A stretch of 64,000 nt of DNA from Massalongia carnosa (Eukaryota): contig OZ287083.1 in assembly GCA_965645245.1 (NCBI GenBank), positions 1,426,001 through 1,490,000 on the forward strand, written 5' to 3'. Positions 48,762 through 60,571 of the stretch are shown here, in pieces (position 1 is the stretch's first letter; each line of letters begins with the position of its first letter). The notes under the pieces were generated by a model. The model had not been told where the DNA came from. It searched no databases and saw only the letters and a list, made by a program, of their open reading frames with translations. The translations under genes and the position numbers were made by a program.

Positions 48762-50981
48762 TATGACGATGCGATCAGTTGAGAAGATGGGGGCTCGAAT
48801 GCGACGCGGAGTTGCTTGGGAGCTGCTTGTAAGAAGGAGGAAGATACCTTGGAGTTCAGGGAGCTGAGGGGGTTAGAAGGAAGGATTCGGTAGAAAGATA
48901 CTTCATGTTGTGTGAGTTTGGAGTGTTTGTCAAAGAAGTGAGTGTGAACGACGAAAAGAAAGTGAAGGGAAAATGGGCACATGGGGTACAATCATACACC
49001 CCTGTACTCGGGACCACTTTACCCGTACCCCTGTAGCCAGAACGGCTGATATATCTTCCGATGACGTAACTAGCTCCATCCACTGAGCATATGGCACTGT
49101 CACGTGTTCTAGATGATGTTCAATTTTAGACAAACATCTTTGCAGCTACGGAATGGGAACCGCACCAGAAGATGCAACTGCCATAGCCTCTCAAGGTTTC
49201 CCTCTGGAAAACGTTTCATTTTTAGGAGCATACTTCCAATTACGCTGTAATGAAGGTATGTAAAGGAGCTTGATGAATCTATATAAAAGGAGAGGAAGAA
49301 GCCTAGGGGACAGACTTGCCACCCAAGGAATATACCTCAAATCCGTTCAACATGAAAGATCTATTCAGTGCAGGCGTCTTGCGCCGGCGCTCAATAGCCA
49401 TTTGAGCAGATAGTACCTTCGGTTTGAGTGATTGTTCTACTTCTAAAGTGCAGACCGCTGTCTAGTCAAGTGTTGAGGACGTCGTAGACCCAACGCTATA
49501 TTGGGTTGATCACAAAGGCCAATGCTGGAGTCGAGATTGATGTAATTGGCAACAGGATTTCGATGATATATGAGTTACAGGGTAAACTTGCCCCCTTCTT
49601 TAGCTTTGTTAGGGTATAGAGTATCGATTAGCAATTTGCTATGTGCTGAGGCGAGCATATAGAGAAATGTGGTAGAGGTTGAGGCAATCAATATAGTTTG
49701 AGTAGAGAGGCGTCACCATCCTCGGTGCATTGTCGCCGTATATGTGCTATACATCGAAAGATCATCTCTAAACTAACGGTCGAAGAACAAGATGTTTGTG
49801 TGCATTGCACCTGAGAGAGAACTTTCAAAGATCGTTAACTGTGACTTCTTGTAGGTCTCCTGACCTGGATATCAATTCTGGGCTTTGCAATGCAGAGTAC
49901 CTCACTAGAACATCAACCTCTTACAGGCTAAGGAGTTCGGTTGACCAATTATCGTGCGAGATAGTAATGAGAATGGATACTCGGCGGAAGTTTTTTGAGT
50001 CAGATTTGGGCGATAGAGCCTCTGCAATGTCTTTCTAACGAAACGCCCAAAGATGAAATATGGTGAAATAAGGGTAGAAAGCTTAAGGAAGCCGAAGATT
50101 GAACTACTAAATTATATTTTCATGGATGAGGAACGTCAGGTTTGGGGTCAAAGGAGCCTGGGTTTGCAAAACCTGCGTACTGAGGAGGCGGCCGGCGATG
50201 CCTATGCTAGTGAGATCTGCGGTAGCTTCTACCCCTATAGATACGTGGCGAGGGTGGATCTCGTTGTTGGAGAGATGTTTCAACGCGCTTTTTGAAATAC
50301 TCCTAGCAACCAAGCGTTTGGAATACATTCAGACACGTACTGGAAGCAATCCGTCACAGCTGGCCAAATGGAAGAGCTAATCAAAAGCGAGGCCACATTT
50401 GATCACATAAACTGCTTCGGACCATGTTACTCCTCGAAGGACTCCTCGAAGGAGGTAGAGCGAGGGCCTGTTTTCTTTAAAGCTGATACCACCTCACCCG
50501 AGAGTTCCGCCATGATCGATGCATCTAGATCTAATAATAATAATCTCAATAACGTCAAAACGTTCGAGCATTGTAGAACCCAAAATGCTGGAAACTAATA
50601 CATTGAGATAGGAACAACTTCAATGAAAACCCCCTGTACTTAAGGATATATGAAAAACGCTCTGCACTCTGAGAAAACCGACCATAGGCCCAATCTTTGT
50701 TCTTTTCCAAAGAAAGTAATATACATAATGCTCACTACTGAGCAAAAATCCTCGCTAGTTTTCCCTTGATTAGAGAAACGAAATAGGCGTTGGATAGATG
50801 TTAAACTGTTAGAAAATTCACATCTTAACCCGTCATCTTCTAGTATTCAGCTTCACTGGAAAATCTGCGTAAGTTGAGAGACTTATGAAGCATATGCCGC
50901 TCAGGATACCTGGAAAGTACGGAGTACCTAAGGTAGGTGGTACAGAGTACAGAGTACTTGGTGTGCAGCAAGTTTCTAATC

Positions 50982-50995
50982 TTAGGGCTAACCCT
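50982..50995 (+). promoter_or_regulatory. Telobox/Tbf1-like ribosomal-protein promoter element TTAGGGCTAACCCT
   Basis: Located about 120 bp upstream of the RPL8 ATG. Resembles the TTAGGG-N-CCCTAA elements known in fungal ribosomal-protein promoters. Confidence 0.55.
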
Positions 50996-51109
50996 CGTTT
51001 AACGTTATCGCCAAGATCTCGCTTAACTAGTTCACCACAATCATTCTCAATCTTGGATTACTTATTTTCATCGTCTTGAACCTTTCAACATAGCGACAAT
51101 CATTCGACA

Positions 51110-52385
51110 ATGGTAAGCCCAAACCACAACCATCTTCTTTTGTGTGCCTCTTCAGAAAGCCTTGCTGAAGGCACGATGTCCTCGTCATCGAGATACACTC
51201 AATCAACCCTTGAGCTGTAAGCTTATTGCAAGCGAACCAGCCTCATGAGGGACAATCAATGGCTTGAGCTACGACCTTTGCAGTAATGCAGCTCGTAGTC
51301 TCTTTAGAGTTCAAAAGAAGATTCATGCTTGGTGAACACAATTCGCTGATGATCTTCTTTTTCTCAATGACAGCCTCCTAAGTCTGGACGGAAAACCGCA
51401 CCCGCGCCTTTCCCTCAGGGGAAGGCCGGCTCTACCAAAAAGCCAGCTAAGGTGTGTGCTTTTTATATTCGAAGTGTTACCAAACCCTGAACTATTGCTT
51501 CTTACCTCCACCTCCTCCCCCGGGTTTCCCCCGTCCTCTAGCATAACTAACGACAAACTAACCTAACCTCCCTTCTTCCCTAAAATAGAACCCTCTCATC
51601 GAAAAGCGTCCCCGCAACTTCGGCATCGGCCAAGACATACAACCGCGCCGTAACCTGTCACGCATGGTGAAATGGCCCGAATATGTACGCCTGCAGCGTC
51701 AGAAAAAAATCCTCAATCTGCGCCTTAAGGTCCCACCCGCCATAGCTCAATTCACCAACACGTTAGACCGCAATACGGCCGCGCAGACCTTCAAGCTACT
51801 GAATAAGTACAAGCCCGAGACGAAAGCAGAAAAGAAGGAGCGGCTACTTAAGGAGGCTACAGCGATTGAGGAGGGCAAGAAGAAGGAGGATGTAAGCAAG
51901 AAGCCGTACGCGGTCAAGTACGGATTAAATCACGTGGTGGGCTTGATTGAGAATAAGAAGGCTGCGCTGGTCCTCATTCCCAACGACGTGGATCCCATCG
52001 AGTTAGTCATTTTTCTCCCTGCGCTATGCCGCAAAATGGGTGTGCCGTACGCGATTGTAAAAGGAAAAGCAAGGTTAGGCGTCGTTGTTCACAAAAAGGT
52101 AAAACCCCCTTCCCCCTTCTCCAACTCCCTCCCTGCCGTGCAAAAGAGAAACCTCAAAACTAACATCACCCCCCCCAAAAAAAGACAGCAGCAGTCCTTG
52201 CCCTCACCGAAGTCCGCTCCGAAGATAAGTCTGAACTTGCCAAGCTCGTCTCCGCCATAAAAGAAGGCTACTCAGACAAATACGAGGAAGCAAAACGGCA
52301 TTGGGGCGGCGGCATCATGGGCCAGAAGGCCGTAGCGCGTACGGAGAAGAAGCGCAAGGCGCTTGAGAGCGCGATAAAGATCTAG
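51110..52385 (+). CDS. RPL8: 60S ribosomal protein L8 (eL8/L7a)
   Basis: ATG|intron 51113-51373, then PPKSGRK..., [73 protein letters not shown]. Three introns. Confidence 0.97.
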
Positions 52386-52941
52386 AAATCGAGGGAGGGG
52401 AGGGAAGGAAGGATGAGTTGTGGTTGGGTCGCTTCAGTTGAGTGGAGTGCTCCGTAATGGCTGGCGAATGCCAAGCGAAACAGCTCCAACTATTTGTACT
52501 TCCTTCGTCAAATTGCATCATAGCAAAGTCCGTCAGGAACTCTTTTGTCTCCTTTCACCTCCGCCCTACAAACCCCATCACCCCACAAAAAGTCCTACGA
52601 CACAAGTTAGCTAGGCAAGTTATGTAACTTAGCTATCTTCCATTCCAGTTTCTACTCAACTCGTCCATATACATTTCAAAGCCCTCTCCCTCCCCCTCTT
52701 CGGGAAAGAAAAGAAAGAAAAGAAAGAAAAAGGGAAAGCCAATCCCAAAGCCCCCATAAACGCAACGCTTGCTTGCATGATTGCTCGTAAGGGTATCATA
52801 TCCCCAGATCCCCCGTCCTAAGTGGAAACCGACCACTGCAACACCTTCATTCATGCACATACCTGGGTTCGTAGCCCCGCCTGAAGTCAAACATTCCTCT
52901 ACCTACTTCCCAAGGGGTGGGGGAGATTCAAGGGAAGGAGA

Positions 52942-55834
52942 TTAATGCGTTCTCGAAAGCCCCTGCTTCGCCTATGTGTGCCATCAAGTGATCAGTTTTC
53001 GCCCAAGACCCTTATCGAAAAAGCCTAAACTAAGGGGGGGGGTTTACCTTCATCTGCTCGATGCGTGCTTTCAGCGCGCTCGTCACCTCTGCTGCCCGCT
53101 TCCAGGTCTCGACCGGCTCCCCATTCGCCCCTACCTCCGCCGTGCCTTCTCTTCCCCGCGAACCGCTAACCTCCCGGCTCAGCGGTGGTTGCATTCCACC
53201 TCCCGCACCTTCCACGGCTGTAGCCGTAGATTTTCCCGACTGTTGCTTCTTCGGCTGCGGCTCAGCGCTTTCTAGACCGCCGGTGCTAGCTGAGTGTTCT
53301 TTTTCCTCGCTGGGGCTGGACATGTAGCTCCGCGCGCGCTGATAACCGACGTCCCTACTCTCGGACATGGCGCTGTTGTAGCGCTCCACGCCCGGGTGAT
53401 GCGAGCTGCCGTTCACGCTCGAATCGCGGTAAATGTTATGATCTCGGTAGTCCTGCGCCGCCGGCGGGCTGTTGGCGCGCATCGTTCGGCTGAGCTCGCG
53501 CTTTAGCCGATCGATCTCTCGCTGCTGCTTGTAGACGGTTTCTTCGGCGGCTTCGGCGTCGGAGCGCGCGCGCACTAGCTGCGTCTCCTTGGCCTTAATG
53601 CTCAAGACGTCACGGGTGTGGTCTTCGATTAGCTGCGCGTTTTGATTCTGGAGTTCGTGGACCTGGGAGGTAAGTTTGTACTTTTCCGCACGAAGCTCCT
53701 CGGCCGTGCGTTGGAAACGGCCTTTGTCGGCTCGTAATTCTTCGAGCTCGGCTTTATCTGCAGATGTTATAATCGTAGGGGGTGGTGCGGTAGTTGGCTC
53801 GGAAGGATTAAGCGCGGGTTTTCCCAACGGTCTTCCAGCAAGGCCTCGACCTAGTTTAGGCGCTGGAGTAGTCTCATCGTCGTAGGAAGGTGGTGTGATG
53901 ATACGTCTGGGTGATGATACGCTTGGTGGAGCTACCCCCCCAGTGCCTGTAAGCTTTTTCTGTAATTTGTGGCCTGTGGCTGGAGCTGCTAATCCTGATT
54001 TCGGTACAGCTCCGGGCTTTGGAGGTATACTTCGACCAGCCGCTGATTTCGGTTGAGGCGGTGGAGGCTCTTCTTGGGGGGTAGAGGCTCTTGGGGCTGG
54101 TTTTTTCGCTCCCGCAGCACCCTTTTTGACTATTCGTTTTTGTGGTGGTGGGGCAGCTTTTGGTGGTGGTTTCGGTTTGAACTTAGCTTTCACCTGTGCT
54201 GTATCAAAGTACTCCTTGATCTTGGTTTTTCGGATGTCATCTAAACCTTCGAGGTATGGAGCCATGGCTTGCTCACCCACAATCTTCATTACCGTCCCCA
54301 GAGCCTCCGCGGCCCCTGATCTAGTCACTTCACTGGACTCAGTCAATAGCTTAGTAGATGCATCAGCTATAAACTTGCTTTCAGGTTTCGAAGGAGCCTC
54401 GGGCGTAGTCTTGAGGCATCGAATAAGGAACTTCAGGGTTTCAAGCTTTACCTGAGGATTTTTATGCTTCAAAAACTCGAGGATATCTTCTAAACACTCT
54501 GTAAGACCCGTTGACCTGAACACCGAGTCCAGCGCTTGACCTAATGCATCCGCCACAGTTTGTTTTTTCTCTTTGAGCCGTTCCATTATTGGACCCATGA
54601 TTCTGCCTCTGTACTTGGCGAACGCTCTTCGAAGGCCTTTTGCCAGAACGTCGATGCAATTGGCGGCAATAGTAACAACAGCAATGTTGGCATCTTTCAT
54701 GCACTTGGCTAAACATTGGACAATCTCATCGAAATGCCCCTCCTTAATCCGATCGACGTTTGCTACAGCATGCAACGCCTCTAGAGCCTCTTTTCGATCT
54801 TTCCATTTTGTCGAAGCTAAACTCTCATAGAGATCTTTAGGCAACTTGGTGATAACATCGATAGGTTCGGCCAGATCGATTATTTCAACTTCAGGCCCCT
54901 GCTCTTCTTCTTCCTCCTCTCCGGCCTCTACATCTTCTTCGGCTAGCTCAGATGAAGCAATCGCTGCCTGCTGTGACCTAAGTAATCGTTCTTGCTTAGG
55001 TGGCGGCTCTTTCTTGACAACTTCGAACAGCTTTTCTAAATCCTGTTGCTGCACCGGTTTAAGTTCATTCCAGAACAACGTTTTCATAGCATCTCGAAGC
55101 CATCGATAAAGCTCAGTAGCTAGATTCGTTGCTTCGGCGCGGACGTTTTTGTCAGCATGGCTGAAAACTTTAGGTAATGCCTTTAGTATCGGCTTCGGAT
55201 CCACTATTTTTACTCCGTACGCATGATAGATAGCAGTCAGTGCAATCAGTGATGCGGCTACAATTTTTGGCTGCTTGTTTGCTAGGGAGGGAAGTAAATC
55301 TTCGATTATAGGATCCGACTTATCCAGTTCAATATAGAGAAGGAGCGCTTCCAGAGCGCTCTGTTTTGTAGCTGCACGGGTTGATGACAGGCCTTTCTCG
55401 ACAATGAGAGAGATGGTTGCATTCCGCGATCTAATGGTAATTAGAGTGAGCTATCAGCGTTTAAAAGAGTATGTGTATAGCCGCTCTCTACTGACCGTGT
55501 ACATGCTTGAGCTCCACCAAACTTGAGAAAAGAACATAATGCATTGATTCCTTCTTGTTGCGCCGCAACATTTGAGTCTGCGACTGCACTCTTCCAGAGC
55601 CCTGAATCCAATATGAACGGTCTGAATATAGGGTCGGACTCGTCCTGAGTACATTGAAATGCTTTTGTAGCATCTTCATACCCTTGCTTTCTGACTTTCC
55701 AGTTCTATTACAGGATATTAGCTTAAGCATTGAGGGGGGGTGGCATTGCATAGGATCGCTAGTAGACGACAAACCTTGTGGGCAAACCGGTCGGGTAGCG
55801 GAAGAGAGCTGAAGTCTTCCTCTTGTTCTGCCAT
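52942..55834 (-). CDS. STU2: XMAP215/Dis1-family TOG-domain microtubule polymerase (Stu2/Alp14/AlpA)
   Basis: MAEQEEDFSSLPLPDRFAHK start, two TOG domains (WKVRKQGYE; STKWKDRKEALE), basic SK-rich linker, coiled coil, C-terminal WKRAAEVTSALKARIEQMK. Three introns. Confidence 0.93.
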
Positions 55835-56483
55835 ATTTTTTAGGGACAGATGGCGCCTCTATGGCTTTAATCCTTTCGGGAAAGCAACGAGCCGGCGCAG
55901 TTGTGGGGATAATGGGAAATACTGTGGATTGACAAATTTGTCCGGAAATTGATGGCTAGAAGAATTTTTCTTTTGAGAATTATTCTAGAAGCACTATTAG
56001 ATTCCAGAAGCTGAAAGAATGTACGCTTCCACCAAATGAAGTGGTGAAGTTGGTTAGATGTTGTGGTTCTGTGACTAACGATGTCAACAAACGCTCTGGG
56101 AAAGGCTTGGCATGAAATGTTGCCGCCGCTTCTCCGCCCGCTCCAACCCAACTAACGCCCAAGCTTCTTTTGTGAACATTATGTTAACTACGGAATGATG
56201 CTGGAGAATCTCCTTCATGAAGTTTGCTCCTCACAGAAAGCTGCCGCCGCCTTAGATGCCAGTTTATACCTCTTCCTCCCTCCCCTTCTGACCACACTCT
56301 TGTGCCCCGCTTCAGTTTGCCATCCTTCATCCAGGGGCAGCGTGCCAATTTGAACCTTTACGGAATTGATTTCGAAGCAGTGTTGAATTTATCTAGAGTG
56401 AAGCTAGTGCAGGTATTTTCAAAGAAACTGGCAGGTTCGATTCTCAAGGGGACCTTGCCGTCAACCTACCTACACCTCTCACC

Positions 56484-57966
56484 ATGAGCCAGCTTCTTAC
56501 AACCCGGCAGGCAGAGGAGCTGTGAGTAAGGATTCGCATTGCTGCCGCATTATATGCTATCTTACATATCCCATAGTCATAAATCTATAATAGCCTACCT
56601 CACATCCGTGAAACTTACGGCCACTGCCTCCGCTCTGCGGCAAGAGTTGGATATTGGGGACACGTTTGATGATGCAACAAGCAAGAAATACGAGGGCCTG
56701 TTGGAAAAGAAATGGACGAGTGTGGTTAGGTTGCAGAAAAAGGTATACTTAATGGCAAATGGACTTCAAGCGCATGAACTGAAGCTTGTGCTATTTTAGA
56801 TAATGGACCTGGAAGCTCGCAACTCCAGCCTCCAATTCGAACTTGATTCAGCAACTCCAACCTCCCTTTCGCGGCGGAATCTAGATCCCACAACTTGGCT
56901 TCCCCGCTCTCCTGCCCGGCATACCCTCCAATCTCACCGTCTCCCTATTACCTGCGTCGCATTTCACCCCATATTCTCCTCCCTAGCCTCCGGTTCGGAA
57001 GACACCACCCTCAAAATATGGGACTGGGAGCTAGGCGAGCTTGAACGCACCATAAAAGGCCACACTAAAGCCGTTCTAGATGCTGACTTTGGTGGTCCTC
57101 GTGGGGGTACGCTGCTAGCCTCATGCTCCTCTGACCTCACCATCAAGCTCTGGGACCCCTCAGATGAATACAAAAACATCCGCACCCTTCCTGGCCACGA
57201 TCACTCCGTCTCCGCCGTCCGATTCGTCCCTTCTGGCGCAGCCGGCTCGCCGGCATCCGGTAACCTCCTCGTCTCAGCCTCCCGAGACAGAACCCTCCGA
57301 ATCTGGGACGTCTCAACCGGATACTGCGTCAAAACTCTGCGCGGCCACGCAGACTGGGTGCGAGACGTATCCCCCAGCTTCGACGGCCGCTGGCTCCTCT
57401 CGGCGGGCAACGATCAAATCGCTCGTCTATGGGACGCCGGCTCCGGCGAAGCGAAAGCCACTTTCCTCGGGCATGACCACGTCATCGAATGCTGCACCTT
57501 TGCGCCCGCAGCCTCCTACGCCCACCTCGCTACACTAGCCGGTTTCAAAAAACCGCCCCCTGCCAGCAGCTCGGGCGAGTTCCTTGCCACGGGTTCCCGT
57601 GATAAGACCATCAAGCTGTGGGACTCGCGAGGCACGCTCATCAGGACGCTGGTCGGGCATGACAACTGGGTGCGCGCACTCGTGTTCCATCCGGGGGGAA
57701 GGTATCTTCTTAGCGTAGGGGACGATAAGACAATCCGCTGCTGGGATCTGGCCCAGGAATGCAAGTGCGTCAAGACGGTCGAGGACGCGCACGGCCATTT
57801 CGTCAGCTGCGTCCGCTGGGCCCCGAGCCTGGCGAAGAGTCCTGCCGTCGTGGCGAACGCGAACGGGGAAGCTAGCAGGAAAGACGATCCGGGCGGGAGG
57901 GAGAGCGTGAGGTGCGTGATTGCGACCGGGAGCGTGGATTTGAACGTTAGGGTTTTTGCGTCGTGA
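56484..57966 (+). CDS. nudF: Dynein regulator NudF/LIS1/Pac1 (LisH, coiled coil and WD40)
   Basis: [17 protein letters not shown] (LisH), [25 protein letters not shown]...L.SHR.PIT.VAFHP, WD40 repeats. Two introns. Confidence 0.97.
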
Positions 57967-58195
57967 GTACCTACCGCTGGGGGCATCTTCAGGGAGTGGC
58001 ACTGTGAAATGAACACAAATGACGAGAACAAATTTTCGAAGGCTTATGTTAGTTACATATTCGTCGCCCAGCGTGTGGCTGTTAGCGCTTTCGTTTGATG
58101 CTAGCTCCCATTATCAGCTCCGCGTCAACAGTGCACAACACAAGTTCTTGCACCTCCTTATCAAGCCCCTTCCCTCTCCCCATCTCCCCAGCCCC

Positions 58196-59910
58196 TCATT
58201 TTCCCCTCCACATGTCCCTCCAAAACTGCCTAAATCCATAATGTGGCCTCTTACTATCAAAAACCCTCACCTCCTCTCCCTCCCCCCCCGTAAACCGCTC
58301 CAAAACCCCCTTTGGCTCTCTCCCTCCCTCGCCTGTTTCCCTTTCCCGAAGAGCCGCCCAACTTCGCGCCCGCTCCACCAGCTCCGGCGCGACCAGCGGC
58401 GCGACGTCGGCGAAGCAGGTGAACAGCTCACGCGCGAGGGAGAAATAGGGTTTTTGCGCGAGGGCAGGGGCTTGCAGGTTGTAGGAGCGCGTGAGGGTGT
58501 TTAAGGAGGTGATGGCAAGGGTGTGGTAGGGGTTTTCGAGGGATTCCCAGGATGGGTCGCGGAAAGGGGGAAGTGCAGGGAGGGGGGTGGAAGAAATTAA
58601 AGAATCAGAAGGTACAGACGAGGCTGTTGAGGGGGTAGATCGGGGGATCGGGGACAAGGTTGTTTTGACGACGGGTGTAGGTTTGGGGCTGGGGGGTGGA
58701 GTTGAGGTTTCTGGGACGGCGAGCTGCGTAATCTTGCCGTCAACGTCGATATTGCTCAGAAGTTCAGACTTCGGCGTTTTGGGATTGGCGGCTGCCTCGG
58801 CGGCCGCGTTCGCTTCGGCTCGGCGAACTTGCTCCTCCAGCGAGCCCCCTTTACTGGCAATCACCCGGACCGCGTGACGTTTCCAATCCGCGCGGAGCCG
58901 GGCTCGAAATATGGCCGCAGCTTTCACAAGCTCCTGTTGCTTTTCGATCCATGGGGGCACAATCTCCTGCTTCTGGATGATCTTGTTCATGAAGTACTCG
59001 GTGGTGTCGAGGAAAGGACTACTGGCGGTGTAGTCGCGCTCAATGTGCTTTCCTTTCCCGCGAGCGATATTTCGAAACTGTCCGCGCGCGATGGCGTCCT
59101 CGATGCGCTCGTTGGCGAGGGCAGCTAGACCTTGGAGTGTGCCTGGCATGGGACGCGCGGAGGGATGGAAGCGTTCCTTCAGTTGTTTACGCATTTGCTC
59201 CTTCTCGTACTCAGTCAGCGAAGGATCCTGGCTGAGAGCATAAACCGAGGTGCGGTCACGGGCGTTGGCGAGTCGTTGGCCTTGTGATTTCTGCACGGTT
59301 TTCTGCATGCGCATGTCTACACTGAGGGATGGCCTGGGGATTCGGGCAGGACCAGTGCCGCGCAAAGGCTTATGAGCATCTGTTAGCATTCGTAGCGCTG
59401 CATCTTCGACGGCCTCAGCACCAGTCCAGGGCTGAGCTACTGCAATGCTTCGAGTTCCTTGACCTGCGCTGGGCTGGAATCTTATTAGATGAGCACGGAG
59501 GTAAAGGTTTCATGTCCTTGACATACAGACAAGGTAAGCTCGGCGAACGCAGCAGGGTTTTCATTTTTGAACGTGCTATCCAGGATCTTCTGTTCTAATC
59601 GTTTTCTCAAGTCTTCAGAGAATCCCGCCTCCGCAACCGCCTTCTAGGCGCTATAACCCCCTTGCTCAAGGCTCTCCTCCGTCATTTGAGCCAGCCGTCT
59701 TGACATCCCCCCGACTTTATTGGCATGACGGTCGGTTTCTTGCGTTTTCCCATCCTCAAGTTCTCTGTATGTTGGTGATCGTTCATGATGTAGCGAACTT
59801 AATGAGTCGCTGAACCATCTAATAAAATCGGCATGCCTCTTTTCGACGCCTGAGGGCCCATATAGCCAGCGAACGCAGATGAAAGGAAGCACGTTTCTAA
59901 CAACGATCAT
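58196..59910 (-). CDS. DUF1992 (DnaJ C28 conserved domain)-like protein, probably mitochondrial, interrupted by an in-frame TAG at 59644-59646
   Basis: RLANARDRTSVY, LANERIEDAIARGQFRNI.RGKG, LDTTEYFMNKIIQKQEIVPPWIEKQQE, LNTLTRSYNLQAP. One intron at about 59474-59526. The reading frame continues through the TAG (GGYSA*KAVAEAGFSEDL). Confidence 0.75.
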
Positions 59911-60571
59911 AAAGAAGGTTCAGAAATATGCGGGAAAAAGAAAGAGAATGAAGGAAAGGTTGAGGTTATGGACATACCTTGCGAGTCATGCTTATCGAGG
60001 AGCGAGTCAGGGATCATGTCTGACGTAATTAACGATAGGTAGGCATCTAATTACTTACTTAGCACGCGGGGCCAAAAAAGTTCCCACACCAAAGAACTAA
60101 GCAAGATAATAAAATCACTAAATTTATCGAATGTAAAATTGAGCTTTATAGAAGTGTTCTTTTAACATCAAGCAGTTTGTATAAAAGTTTTGAAGCAGTA
60201 ATCTTGCAGTGTTATTTTTGAAAAAATCTCTAAAACCTTTGCATTTCTGCGTGCACAGCTCTCCGAGTCTGCTAAGCCCTTTTGAGTTAGCGTCTCATCT
60301 GACTTACGCTAGCACTTATCCATTACTATACGCACGTGACACCTTTGGGACCAGAGACCGAGATGACATCGACGTTAAGAACCTACTTGCACCATATTCT
60401 ACATAATCATTTAAATTATCTAAAACCGGAGGAAACGGGTATGTGGGCTAAACAACATGCCATGCGATCAAGGTAAATCCCAAAACTATGGACGCTAATG
60501 AAGACCTCCCCAATATCACTCAAAGACTCTATGTCACTAGTTTTTAGGAACCGGCCAACCAATGAGACGTA

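Noticed and set aside
50982..50995. Telomere-like TTAGGG/TAACCCT as a telomerase RNA template or interstitial telomere
   Set aside because: Single short unit in the RPL8 promoter; better explained as a promoter element.
56434..56445. GGTTCGATTCT B-box-like sequence upstream of nudF
   Set aside because: No A-box or cloverleaf, and it lies in a probable 5' UTR.
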